Of a DNA stretch of 64,000 nucleotides, positions 1-8,909 are shown piece by piece. A program made the translations under genes and the position numbers. A model generated the notes under the pieces. That model ran no database searches. It worked only from the letters and a program-made list of their open reading frames with translations, and was not told where the DNA came from. The stretch lies in IMG/VR virus record IMGVR_UViG_3300032607_001050; one strand, written 5' to 3'. Source of the DNA: an uncultured virus (IMG/VR IMGVR_UViG_3300032607_001050). Lineage: Duplodnaviria > Heunggongvirae > Uroviricota > Caudoviricetes. How positions within the stretch are numbered: position 1 is the first letter of the stretch; every line of letters begins with the position of its first letter.

Positions 1-1670
1 CCGCCGCCGCCGCCGCCGCCAACACCATTGCCACCGGTGGGTGCGCCTGATGTCCCGCCCGCGCCGCCTGGAGATAGCGAAGCGCCTAAACGGCCAGCGC
101 CGCCAGCGCCGCCAGCGCCGCCATTACCGGTAACTCCACCAAACCCGTTAGCGCCTCCGTTGGCACCGCCGCCGCCGCCTGAGAAGAAACCGCCCAATAC
201 AAGACTATTGCCACCGTTGCCGCCGTTGCCGTGCGGGCCAGCACTACCACCGCTTGGGGATTGTAAAGAACTGGTGTTATTGCAGCAGTCAGTGTAGGAA
301 TACCCCGTTCCTCGGTTTCCTCCGATAAAGCGGTTGCCAGTGCCGGACGTGTAGATGGCAAGTACTGCCTGAGCGAGTATAGGGCTAGAAGATCCGCCCG
401 CTGCGGCTACACCTGTTGATGCCGATACTGGCGAGCCTGTGCCTGAAATCAGCCGCGCCCAAGTACTGCCGCTGTCAGTAGTCTTTGATACCCCACTATA
501 GTTGCCCGTGAGGTAGCTAGTAGTTCCGCCACCTACAACTTTCATACCGTCTACAAAACTAGAGTTAAAAGCAACTACGGGCTGGGTCGTGTCTACTAGC
601 TCCCATATATCGCCATACTCACTAGTCAGAACTTGCTGGCAACCAGAAGCACTAGCAGAACTCAAGCTATACGTCGTCGAAGGCGCTATGAATTTAGCAC
701 CGTCAAAGTAAATCCCCGTTATATTTGGCTGAAAACCCGTTAGCCCGGACTGGATAGGACTCCACGGACCCGCTAAGTTAGTAGCTCTGGATATCTGACC
801 TTTGTCATTGACTACAACATACCACCCGTTTCCAAAAGCGACGCCAGTAACCTTTGACCCTAGTTGCATCTGTAGGGAAGTTTCCCTGAGCATGGTCCAA
901 CTGTTGCCCTGGCCCGTGCTGGAGTACCCTAAGCATTCAACAAAGGCGTCTGCTACAACAGTCTGGCCGCATCTAAAGTAGCGAGTACCGTCAAAGCCAA
1001 TCGGCTTATCCGCGTACAGAAACATGCTGGAGTTGGCCTCAGCGTCCCAGTTCATAGACCCGGCTAAGGACCAAGTTACCCCGTCTACGCTGACAAAGTT
1101 ATCGTGATATACGCCGTTTAATCGCTGCGTCATTAGGGTGTAGAACCCGTTGACGTACTGAATACCGTATGCGCTCGTCGCTTGAAATGGCAGACTACCG
1201 GCCGTCCAAAGAGTCCCGCCGTTGCTTAACACGGCGATAGTAGCGGAACCGGCGTCTGAAGAAGCAACAGCAACTAAGGTATCTGCATTCCCGGCGACAT
1301 AGCGTACGCCTGTGGAGCTTGCAAGTATTGCGGCAGCGCCCGGTTTTGTCGTCCAGTTTTTCCCGTCCGAGCTAACTGTTACTTCTCTTGTCGGCGTAAA
1401 TCCTGCAAGCTGGCTGCCTGTCCATGCCATGGACGACGGGGTGAACGCTGTGACTGATTCAGTATTAAACCAAACAGCCGAACCCGAACCACCCGCGCCA
1501 ATAGAAATAGTAGCTGTTGAACCTGGCGTTAGCGCGACCCCGACCGATTTAGAGTACGCACCCCCATCCCCGGTCAGTCCCGAACCCGCGCCGACCGCCT
1601 CAATAGTGGCCGTCTGGCAATCGGCGGGGACGAACCATTTGGTCCCAGACTTGAGGACGACCGTTACCAT
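1..1670 (-). CDS. Gly-rich tail fibre/receptor-binding protein with Asp-box repeat insert (3' end runs off window)
   Basis: Manual translation from ATG 1670 (MVTVVLKSGTKWFVPADCQTATIEAVGAG...) stays open to position 1; Asp-box-like motifs SSDGKNWT, SVDGVTWS, TTDSGSTW; poly-Gly C-terminal part; not in the ORF track because it has no stop in the window. Confidence 0.75.
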   Translation of the reverse strand, partial: MVTVVLKSGTKWFVPADCQTATIEAVGAGSGLTGDGGAYSKSVGVALTPGSTATISIGAGGSGSAVWFNTESVTAFTPSSMAWTGSQLAGFTPTREVTVSSDGKNWTTKPGAAAILASSTGVRYVAGNADTLVAVASSDAGSATIAVLSNGGTLWTAGSLPFQATSAYGIQYVNGFYTLMTQRLNGVYHDNFVSVDGVTWSLAGSMNWDAEANSSMFLYADKPIGFDGTRYFRCGQTVVADAFVECLGYSSTGQGNSWTMLRETSLQMQLGSKVTGVAFGNGWYVVVNDKGQISRATNLAGPWSPIQSGLTGFQPNITGIYFDGAKFIAPSTTYSLSSASASGCQQVLTSEYGDIWELVDTTQPVVAFNSSFVDGMKVVGGGTTSYLTGNYSGVSKTTDSGSTWARLISGTGSPVSASTGVAAAGGSSSPILAQAVLAIYTSGTGNRFIGGNRGTGYSYTDCCNNTSSLQSPSGGSAGPHGNGGNGGNSLVLGGFFSGGGGGANGGANGFGGVTGNGGAGGAGGAGRLGASLSPGGAGGTSGAPTGGNGVGGGGGG

Positions 1671-1859
1671 TTAGAACTCCTGTACGGTTTTAGTGCCCGA
1701 ACGGAATTCGGCTATGCCAACGATCTCGCCATTGACCCACGTCGTGTTTTCTGGAAGCTCGACAAAGTAGCATCCTTCTGGGCAGATGTCCGTAAGCTCT
1801 GCGACGATGGTGGTAATCAGCACATCCCCGGCGGTTTGAATCACAGCAAGCGTCGCCAT
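1671..1859 (-). CDS. Small tail-associated protein (possible fibre assembly protein)
   Basis: ATG 1859 (MATLAVIQTAG...), stop abuts the fibre start codon. Confidence 0.55.
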   Translation of the reverse strand: MATLAVIQTAGDVLITTIVAELTDICPEGCYFVELPENTTWVNGEIVGIAEFRSGTKTVQEF

Positions 1860-1860
1860 A

Positions 1861-2136
1861 TCATTTGACCTCGTACTGGTTGATGAAGATGGTGTTCGGA
1901 TCCAGCGCCTCAAATTCATGCCATTCGTTAGCCGTCAAAAGCAAAGGATTGCTGGCGGAGGTCAAGACGATTTCCTTGCCCTCTTTTCGCACAGCAATCC
2001 TGCCCTGCAAACAGGCTGTCAGATGGCTGTAGTCGTGCTCATGCCTGACCAAACCCTCGCCGGGGTTCGCCTGGAACACAGTGGTGTTCGTGCCGTTATA
2101 GGTAAAGCGCGCCACGTTAGATACGTTGGTCAGCAT
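1861..2136 (-). CDS. Cupin-fold protein
   Basis: HEHDYSH...G and WHEFEAL metal-binding cupin motifs. Confidence 0.75.
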   Translation of the reverse strand: MLTNVSNVARFTYNGTNTTVFQANPGEGLVRHEHDYSHLTACLQGRIAVRKEGKEIVLTSASNPLLLTANEWHEFEALDPNTIFINQYEVK

Positions 2137-2153
2137 ACTGGGCGCGCGGTGCT

Positions 2154-2630
2154 TTAGTTGTCGAGCTGGAACGTCAGCGAGCTAGCTGGGAAGGTCACAG
2201 CATCGCCTGAATTGATCGTCTTACTGACTGTCAGCGCCGAGTACATCAGCAAGTTGCCGCCAGTCGCTGCATCAAAGATACCCACGCCCGTGATGGGAAG
2301 GCCAGCTGCCCATGAACCAGTAGGCGTCGGAAACGTAATAAGGTTATTGTTGGAAGTCGTGCCGTTGTTTCCACCAGACGCCGCCGCTGATAATGGAACT
2401 GACGTTGCTGCCCAGTTGCCGAGGGTGGACGCCACAGTCACACGCCCGTAGCCGTTGCCGCTAACTTCCACTCCAGCCGATGAGTCGCTTGGGGTGGTTG
2501 ACAGCAGGCCGATGTAAAGACTTGTGGGGCCAGTGCCAGCAGTAAGAGATGCGCCAGCGAATCCAAGTGCCTGGCCTCGAAAGAGCCAGTCGATGATTTT
2601 GTTTTCTGCGAAGTCGGTAAAAGCTGCCAT
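2154..2630 (-). CDS. Phage tail fibre-associated structural protein
   Basis: Motifs LYIGL, EVSGNGYGRV, GIFDAATGGNLL, LTVSKTINSGD typical of this tail family; context. Confidence 0.75.
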   Translation of the reverse strand: MAAFTDFAENKIIDWLFRGQALGFAGASLTAGTGPTSLYIGLLSTTPSDSSAGVEVSGNGYGRVTVASTLGNWAATSVPLSAAASGGNNGTTSNNNLITFPTPTGSWAAGLPITGVGIFDAATGGNLLMYSALTVSKTINSGDAVTFPASSLTFQLDN

Positions 2631-2659
2631 GATATTTCCTTTGAGTTGCTGGGTAAAAG

Positions 2660-3109
2660 TTACGCTTGGTTGACGCCCATCGCCGAATAGGCGGTGCCGT
2701 CAAACCAGAAGTTGATGATGGATTTCTTGTTTGCCGCGCCCTCCCACACTGCGCCGAACCAGGTCAACGAAGACGGCCAAGTAAATGCCCGCGCTACCGA
2801 CGACCCATCCGAGTCGATGAGCAGCTGGAGGTGGCACGGACCGGGCGGATTGACGAACGTGTAGCTGATCGCCCCGCTGGGCTCAGGCTGGCGCTGGTTC
2901 TGTGCTGCGGACCAGTCCAGCGTGATTGGCCCAGCCGTTGCGCTTCCGGCGGGCTGCGACTGGAACGTAGCTGTCTTGAAGCCCGTGACAGAACCGTTGC
3001 CCAGGGCAAAAGGAAAGCTCAGGCCGCCTTGGGTGACCTCCAGAACAAGCGCATCTCCGTCAATTACGACTACGGACTGCGTCTCCTCGCTGACCAGTAC
3101 GGTAGTCAC
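2660..3109 (-). CDS. Tail structural protein (hypothetical)
   Basis: Beta-rich ORF coupled to neighbours in the tail operon. Confidence 0.6.
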   Translation of the reverse strand: MTTVLVSEETQSVVVIDGDALVLEVTQGGLSFPFALGNGSVTGFKTATFQSQPAGSATAGPITLDWSAAQNQRQPEPSGAISYTFVNPPGPCHLQLLIDSDGSSVARAFTWPSSLTWFGAVWEGAANKKSIINFWFDGTAYSAMGVNQA

Positions 3110-3453
3110 CGGGTGACCTCAAAAGATACTGTGACAGCGCCCGTCAGCAGGCGCGTGACCGTGCCGCTCGGAGCTACTAGCTCAAGGTCGTAAACACCCT
3201 TTCTCCAGGAAATTAGAGCAGTCTCTGCAGCACTTAGCCGGATCGCTACTGTGCCCGCCGCGCCGCCTAATCCCAAGCGGGAGTTCGCGTTTGTCAGCTC
3301 CAGCAGGACGTCGGGTGCTGCAACAGTAGACCTAACTTGCATGCGGGCCGTATAGCCGGTCAGGTCGACCAAGATGCCCGCGCTGTTTTTCCAGGTGATC
3401 GTACGAACAAAGGTGGCCCCCTGCTCGATCTCAAAGTCGTATGTTCCTGCCAT
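3106..3453 (-). CDS. Ig-like tail/baseplate protein
   Basis: IEQGATF...DLTGYTARMQVR...GVYDLEL...RLLTG pattern common in phage tail proteins. Confidence 0.7.
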   Translation of the reverse strand: MAGTYDFEIEQGATFVRTITWKNSAGILVDLTGYTARMQVRSTVAAPDVLLELTNANSRLGLGGAAGTVAIRLSAAETALISWRKGVYDLELVAPSGTVTRLLTGAVTVSFEVTR

Positions 3454-3493
3454 TCACTTACTCCAGTTGTGGTGCCGCTGGGTCAGGTAAAAA

Positions 3494-3931
3494 TCAAGCT
3501 GCCTGCGTGACATACCACTCGACCTTTACGGTGTCGGAGGAGCCCTTCGTCTGCGCGGGGATGGAGACGCGGTTAAGCATGGTCCCCCCTGAAACTGCGT
3601 TAAAGATGCCGAGCTCGGTAACCTGCCCGACAAAGGTGCCGGGCAAAAACGTGGCAATAAAAACCGTTGTAGCGTCTGTCGCTGCGGACGAGCTGAGCCC
3701 GACCCGGGCTTTTTCGGAGACAAGCGTGGTGTCTGTCGCAAGCACTGCAGTCGTACCAGTGCCCATGGCCATGTGGCTCATCAGCGCGGGTGAGTCTGCC
3801 AAGCGGGCGGCGATCCAATTCAGCCCGGTGTCGACGACCAAGTTGTCGACCCGCGCGGTCGACAAAACGGTGCCGCATGGCCCGATCACTTGAATCACCG
3901 CGCAGCCGCTGTTGCGCACATGGGTGTCCAT
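3494..3931 (-). CDS. Tail fibre N-terminal-like protein
   Basis: Start taken at ATG 3931 (TGATG overlap with upstream stop); NLVVDTG, MAMGTGTT, TELGIFNA motifs. Confidence 0.65.
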   Translation of the reverse strand: MDTHVRNSGCAVIQVIGPCGTVLSTARVDNLVVDTGLNWIAARLADSPALMSHMAMGTGTTAVLATDTTLVSEKARVGLSSSAATDATTVFIATFLPGTFVGQVTELGIFNAVSGGTMLNRVSIPAQTKGSSDTVKVEWYVTQAA

Positions 3932-4584
3932 CAGCAGCCGCCGTACCGTACGTTGCCAGCTTTGCGCTGGGCTCTTGACTTTTCGGCCTTGGCGGCCGAG
4001 CAGTAAGCGTAGAACTCGGCACTCTTGCGCGCGACCCTGGCTTCGTCGCGTGTGTCGGCATCCTGCTTGGCGTAGGCGAGTGCGCTCATCCACAGCATCA
4101 GGTGCCGCTGGTGCTGCTCCTCGATCTCCAACTTCGTGCTGCGCGCCGAAGTGATCGTGACCAGCGGCAGGCGCTCGATGATCATGGAGGCGGTGCCGGC
4201 AGCCGCAGGCACCGGATGCCAGCGCAGTGTGTTGGCGCCCAGACCCATCACCGCGGTGGTGACCGCCCCGGTACGGGCGTCAAGGCGTATGCCTTCAGTG
4301 TCCATGTCCCCGACGTTGGCCAGGCGAAGCGGCTGGGCATCGCTGTCGCGCTGGATGCGCACGATGTTCAGGATCCGGGAGTCGGTATCGCTAAAGGGTA
4401 CGCCGGCAACCAGGTCCAGCGTACACAGGCTTGAGCTGGCGTCCCGGATGCCCCCAGTAAGGCGGACGAACATCTTCTGCGCGTCGTCCGCATAGGAGGC
4501 GATCTCAGCGTCAGACCACAGTGTCGGCGCGACCGTGTCGTCCACGTCGGCACGAAATAGGTCGCGGAGCTCTGCGGTGTACAT
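3931..4584 (-). CDS. Head-tail adaptor / tail tubular-type protein
   Basis: Position after capsid genes; LWSDAEI...DAQ and ALAYAKQDAD motifs. Confidence 0.6.
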   Translation of the reverse strand: MYTAELRDLFRADVDDTVAPTLWSDAEIASYADDAQKMFVRLTGGIRDASSSLCTLDLVAGVPFSDTDSRILNIVRIQRDSDAQPLRLANVGDMDTEGIRLDARTGAVTTAVMGLGANTLRWHPVPAAAGTASMIIERLPLVTITSARSTKLEIEEQHQRHLMLWMSALAYAKQDADTRDEARVARKSAEFYAYCSAAKAEKSRAQRKAGNVRYGGC

Positions 4585-4598
4585 GGCGGCTGCAGGCT

Positions 4599-4970
4599 TT
4601 AGTCGGAGCTGGCTTTGAACTCGGCCCAGGCTTGATCGCGCTCTTTGGCGGCGACCGACCAGCCGAGTTCCTTCAGCAGCACAGCGGCGTGGGGCGCGCC
4701 GCCAGCAGTAAATTCTTCGCGCACGTTGCGCAGCACCAGCTTCTCGAACAGGTCGAACAGCGCGATCTTGCGCTCGTCCGCATCGGTCGGCTCGTTGGTG
4801 GCGTTGCCGGTGGCTTCGGCCTCGGTGAGTTCGGACTCGGGCACACCGCCGGCCGCGATGACCTCGGGATACATGTAAGGGGGGACGTGCTGGGCGACGC
4901 CTTTTTCGAACGCGATGGACAGGCCCATCACGGAGGCGATCACGCGGCTGCGGTGAAGAACAAATTTCAT
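4599..4970 (-). CDS. Hypothetical virion-module protein
   Basis: Typical codon usage, in structural operon. Confidence 0.7.
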   Translation of the reverse strand: MKFVLHRSRVIASVMGLSIAFEKGVAQHVPPYMYPEVIAAGGVPESELTEAEATGNATNEPTDADERKIALFDLFEKLVLRNVREEFTAGGAPHAAVLLKELGWSVAAKERDQAWAEFKASSD

Positions 4971-4992
4971 GCTTGATCCTGGGTAGTTAAAG

Positions 4993-5016
4993 AAAAAGCG
5001 GGGCCGAAGCCCCGCT
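4993..5016 (-). terminator. Rho-independent terminator after the capsid genes
   Basis: AGCGGGGC-TTCG-GCCCCGCT followed by a T-run on the - strand. Confidence 0.85.
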
Positions 5017-5020
5017 CGTT

Positions 5021-5470
5021 TTAGCTGCCGGTGACTTCGGTGCCGCGGCCGTCGATGGTGTACATCACGCGGACGCGGACCTTACCGGCCGTGGCGGCTG
5101 CCACGGTGGAGGCCAGCGTGATGCGCACGTTGGCGCCCGCGTTGTGGGCCAGACCCAAACCTGTCAGCGCGGTGCGGCCGGCGGACAGGATGGACGTGGC
5201 AGCCAGCAGGCCGGTGGCCGAAGCCGCCGAGCCGACAGACACGGTGTAGGCCGTGGGACCGGCACCAGCGGTCTCGACAATCAGCTCGCCGCCCACCACC
5301 ACGGCGCCTACCGGCAGCGGGATGGCGTCGAAGACGATGTTCTCGGCGAAGGTGGTGCCGAAGCCTTTGAGCGCGCCGGTGACGGAGTCAACAGCGGTGT
5401 CGTTGAAGGCGAAGGCGAACTCCGCGATCAGGGGGAACTGGGCAGTGCGGGAAGCGAAGAGTTTGGCCAT
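5021..5470 (-). CDS. Capsid decoration/cement-like protein
   Basis: Beta-rich, directly downstream of the major capsid gene, GGAG RBS. Confidence 0.6.
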   Translation of the reverse strand: MAKLFASRTAQFPLIAEFAFAFNDTAVDSVTGALKGFGTTFAENIVFDAIPLPVGAVVVGGELIVETAGAGPTAYTVSVGSAASATGLLAATSILSAGRTALTGLGLAHNAGANVRITLASTVAAATAGKVRVRVMYTIDGRGTEVTGS

Positions 5471-5482
5471 GGTGTGGGCTCC

Positions 5483-6595
5483 TTAGTAAGCGACGTAGGT
5501 GGAGATCGCGCCGAAGTCCTCGACCGAACCGTTCTCGTAGATCGAGCCGAACTTGGGTTTCAGGAAACCCAAAATCTTGCCGCACGAGATGCCCTGCGAG
5601 TTGTCGTAGTCAAAGCCCTTCTCGTTCCACTCTGGGGCACCGATGTCGGCCATGCCGAGCGCTTGTGCGCCGCAGAACAGAACCTGGCTGCCGTTGATGT
5701 TGAAGCCGGAGCCGTACTTGTCGGTGCCGGACGTAGCGCCGGACACGTTCGGGACGTGGCGGAACTCGTGCAGGTGGATGCCGTCGATCTTCACGCTCGA
5801 ACCGGTGAACAGCTCGTTGCCGTTGCCGCGCTCTTGCGAGTGGCGCAGGTTGAGCATGTAGTCGTTGTCCTGCTTCAGGCGGGCAAACGTCTGTGGCGTC
5901 ATGAACGCGTGGAAGGTCTCTTCGCCGCCCTCGCTACCAACGCCGCGGATGTAACGGTCTTTGGCATAGGCCTTGAGCTGAACAAACATGTTCCAGGTCG
6001 GGTAGTCAGCGGCGGTCACTGCAGTGGTCGCACCGTTGGCCGACAGGGTCTTGGTGGTGCCGTTCCAGTTCAGGCGGCGGTTGGTCGATGGGGCAGCCAC
6101 GTCAGCGGCGAACTCCAGCGACGGCAGGTCGGAGCCGACGCGCAGCTGGCCGTTATTCTTGCGGGCGTACGACACGCCGCCCAGGGTCAAGAAGGCCATC
6201 TGGTCGATACGGTCAGCGAGCCAGTAGCTCAGCACGTTTTTGCTGTTGCCGCGGAACTCGACGCACGACTTCTGGTCGGCCATCTTGCCCTCGTGGCGGT
6301 TGGCGTGGCGAATCTGGTCGACGCGGATGACCTGGTCAAAGGTCTGCATCGCCTCTTCGTTGCCTTCCAGCGCGCGGTCGCCAGCGACGCCGTCGCCGGT
6401 CAAATCAGCCAGCAGCGTGATAACGGCGCGGGCGCCCTTTTCAGACTGCTTGAGCTCGGTGATGTGCTGGACCAGCGAGGTCGGGCCCTTGCCGAGAAAG
6501 CGGTTGATGAAGGACTGGTTGCGGGCTTGTTTCCACAAGTCCATCGACCAGACGGTCTTTTGCTCAGAGGTGAGCAGTGCGAAATTGGTAAGCAT
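5483..6595 (-). CDS. Major capsid protein (N4 gp56-like family)
   Basis: 370 aa; GDGVAGD..LEGNEE, HANRHEG, LFCGAQALG, DFG motifs; own promoter and terminator. Confidence 0.9.
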   Translation of the reverse strand: MLTNFALLTSEQKTVWSMDLWKQARNQSFINRFLGKGPTSLVQHITELKQSEKGARAVITLLADLTGDGVAGDRALEGNEEAMQTFDQVIRVDQIRHANRHEGKMADQKSCVEFRGNSKNVLSYWLADRIDQMAFLTLGGVSYARKNNGQLRVGSDLPSLEFAADVAAPSTNRRLNWNGTTKTLSANGATTAVTAADYPTWNMFVQLKAYAKDRYIRGVGSEGGEETFHAFMTPQTFARLKQDNDYMLNLRHSQERGNGNELFTGSSVKIDGIHLHEFRHVPNVSGATSGTDKYGSGFNINGSQVLFCGAQALGMADIGAPEWNEKGFDYDNSQGISCGKILGFLKPKFGSIYENGSVEDFGAISTYVAY

Positions 6596-6705
6596 GTAAG
6601 CGATCTCCGTGAGTGTTGGAACTGCGTGCGTCTGTTGATGTGTCGCTTCAACTCAGCGGAGTGGAGGTGCTGTCGAGACCTGCCTGATCGAATTGTTTGG
6701 ATTTT

Positions 6706-6720
6706 AATCTAAATTAGATT
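6706..6720. promoter_or_regulatory. TCTAAnTTAGA palindrome at the capsid promoter
   Basis: AATCTAAATTAGATT perfect 7-1-7 palindrome. Confidence 0.75.
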
Positions 6721-6736
6721 TACGAGTACGAAGATG

Positions 6737-6765
6737 AAAAAAGAGCCGCGGGGTTAGCGCGGCTC
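6737..6765 (-). terminator. Rho-independent terminator
   Basis: GAGCCGCG-N7-CGCGGCTC followed by T6 on the - strand. Confidence 0.85.
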
Positions 6766-6783
6766 GGTTGGCGATAAGCAGTG

Positions 6784-7176
6784 TTAGATCATTGAGTTCT
6801 GGACCAGCTTCAAGTCCATCCGCGCCAGGGCGGCGAAAGGCTCTTGCTCAGTCACATCAATTGCATTGAGCAAAGCCTCGCATTGCGGCAGCGTGACAGC
6901 ACCTTTGCCCAGCTCAACGATGGTCTCAGGTTGCCCGGGTACAGTCGTTGCCAATCCCTCAGTGTCAAAGCTGGTCAGCGGCAGCAGCGCAGCGAGTTCG
7001 GCATCGATCATTCCAGCGGCAACGAAGTGCGTGGCTGGCAGCGATCCGTTGATTGACACAGGGGTAGCCAGCATCCCGTCACCAGCCGCACCCTCCGACA
7101 GGCCAGCGCATAAAGCACGGGCGAGAGGGGCGTAGGCAGCAGGGACGATCAGGCAGCGGTGGACGTATTGAGTCAT
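6784..7176 (-). CDS. Hypothetical protein coupled to the lectin-like gene
   Basis: TAATG coupling with the upstream ORF. Confidence 0.65.
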   Translation of the reverse strand: MTQYVHRCLIVPAAYAPLARALCAGLSEGAAGDGMLATPVSINGSLPATHFVAAGMIDAELAALLPLTSFDTEGLATTVPGQPETIVELGKGAVTLPQCEALLNAIDVTEQEPFAALARMDLKLVQNSMI

Positions 7177-8561
7177 TAGTAGGCTCCCGTCTTGCTGTTG
7201 ACATAGGTTTCTGCGCTGGTAATCTGGGCATCGCTGCTCAGTGCGCCACGGATGACCATGCCGTACATTTGGCCGTTGAAGAACAAGCTGGGGCCTGCAC
7301 GGGCGCCGATGTAAACAGGAACTGCTTGAAACGTACCACCCAGCGTTTGGCTAATCCCATTAGCCGCAGTCCGACCACCATTGACATACAAAGCAAAAGT
7401 GTTGCCGCCTAAGTCAGTCAGCATTGATATTACCGATGTGTTTGGAGCTGCAATGACGGGCGTTTGTGTGGCGCTAGAAGACGACCCATAAAAAACCGCT
7501 TGGTAATTTGCCAAACCTCCAGAAGAAGCCCGCAGATACATTTCACCAACAGTGGCAACTGATGTATCGCCTAGTTCCATAATGGTGCCGTTTGACGCAG
7601 CATCACTCAGCTTCCTAACCCCCGCCACAACAGTCATCTTGTCCGTGCCGCTGAAGTCAATTGAGGCGGTGGACATCCAACTGTTCGTGCCGTTGAACTT
7701 CAAGTAGCTGGGGAAGCCTACGCTGTCGTAGTCGGTGCTGGTGTTTACTCGCTGGTAGCGGGTGGCTGTTGAGCCGGTTTCTATCTGTGCCCCCCAAGGA
7801 AATAGAGTACCTGTCGTTAGGGATGAGCCGTTCGTATCCCAAGTTAGGATGGCTTGGATTTGGGTTAATGCCGAAACCAAGTTAGCGCTGATCGAGATGC
7901 GGTAAAAACCATTGCCCACAGCTTGCACCGTTGCAGTTGGGCTGGTCGCAGTGCCGTAGATTGTCGGGCCAGAGACTATTACGCCATCAGCCAAACGAAC
8001 AGTCATTACAGCACCGTTAGCACCCGACCCATCTTGCACGTTGACAGCGCAACTGTCCTCTGTTCCGGCCTTTATGTAGATAGACCATGTGTATGCCCCT
8101 GTTGCCGTAGCTCCAATATTGAAACGCAACCGCTTCAAGAGGTTGCTGGGGTCAGTACTCCCGTAAGCGCCGCAAGCCGACCCATCTGGAGCAACCACAG
8201 TGCCAGCGACAGGGCCAATGTTTGTCTTTATCCACGCAGCACCCGAAAAGTCTGCCGAAGGAGATACCAGATTCACCCGCGACGACAGCACCGGTCTGTT
8301 GATGGCCGTTGGCTGTGTCGCGTGATTGCCGCGTCCTGACTTGTCTAGCATCTTGCCGACAGGCTGTTCCATGCTCGTCACGGGCGTTGTGCCTGCAGAG
8401 TCTTGGAAGAGGGTTGTCATGTCGCTTGGGTCGTACCATGCGCCTTGCTCACTGGAGCGGAATAGCGCTGCGATGGCTCCAGAAAGTGACAGCCCAGCGC
8501 CCCACACCGAGCGCCAGGCCGGAGCCGCAGCTTTTGCCCAAGCCGGGCTGAAGGCGCTCAT
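7176..8561 (-). CDS. LamG/concanavalin-like lectin domain virion protein (head fibre/spike candidate)
   Basis: WYDPSD..TLFQDSAG, DKSGRGNHATQ, WGAQIE, IGARAG..FFNG motifs. Confidence 0.7.
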   Translation of the reverse strand: MSAFSPAWAKAAAPAWRSVWGAGLSLSGAIAALFRSSEQGAWYDPSDMTTLFQDSAGTTPVTSMEQPVGKMLDKSGRGNHATQPTAINRPVLSSRVNLVSPSADFSGAAWIKTNIGPVAGTVVAPDGSACGAYGSTDPSNLLKRLRFNIGATATGAYTWSIYIKAGTEDSCAVNVQDGSGANGAVMTVRLADGVIVSGPTIYGTATSPTATVQAVGNGFYRISISANLVSALTQIQAILTWDTNGSSLTTGTLFPWGAQIETGSTATRYQRVNTSTDYDSVGFPSYLKFNGTNSWMSTASIDFSGTDKMTVVAGVRKLSDAASNGTIMELGDTSVATVGEMYLRASSGGLANYQAVFYGSSSSATQTPVIAAPNTSVISMLTDLGGNTFALYVNGGRTAANGISQTLGGTFQAVPVYIGARAGPSLFFNGQMYGMVIRGALSSDAQITSAETYVNSKTGAY

Positions 8562-8887
8562 GTGCCGACTTCGCCCACGCCGGCGCCCGCAACGGCGATA
8601 AAGCGGACGGCGGTAACGTTGCTCACCTGTTCGGCCGTGACCGCCGCGACGGTACCAGAGGCCCAGTCGAAAGCGACAGCGTTGCTGGTGGCGTTGGCGT
8701 TATCGGCCACCACCACGTCGAGCAGGCTGCAGGTGGCCTGCACCCTCATGCTGGTGCCGGGCGCAGCGACGATTGTGGCTGTCTCGTTGACGATGATCCA
8801 TGGTGAGGTCTCGGTGGCAGGGACAGCGGCGCGGACGCGGCGCGGCGCGCTGCGGGGCATGCCTTGGTAAGTGAGTGTCGTGGCCAT
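8558..8887 (-). CDS. Hypothetical structural protein
   Basis: GGAG RBS, beta-rich, in head operon. Confidence 0.65.
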   Translation of the reverse strand: MATTLTYQGMPRSAPRRVRAAVPATETSPWIIVNETATIVAAPGTSMRVQATCSLLDVVVADNANATSNAVAFDWASGTVAAVTAEQVSNVTAVRFIAVAGAGVGEVGT

Positions 8888-8909
8888 AGTCGCTCTCCTT
8901 CAGGGGTTG

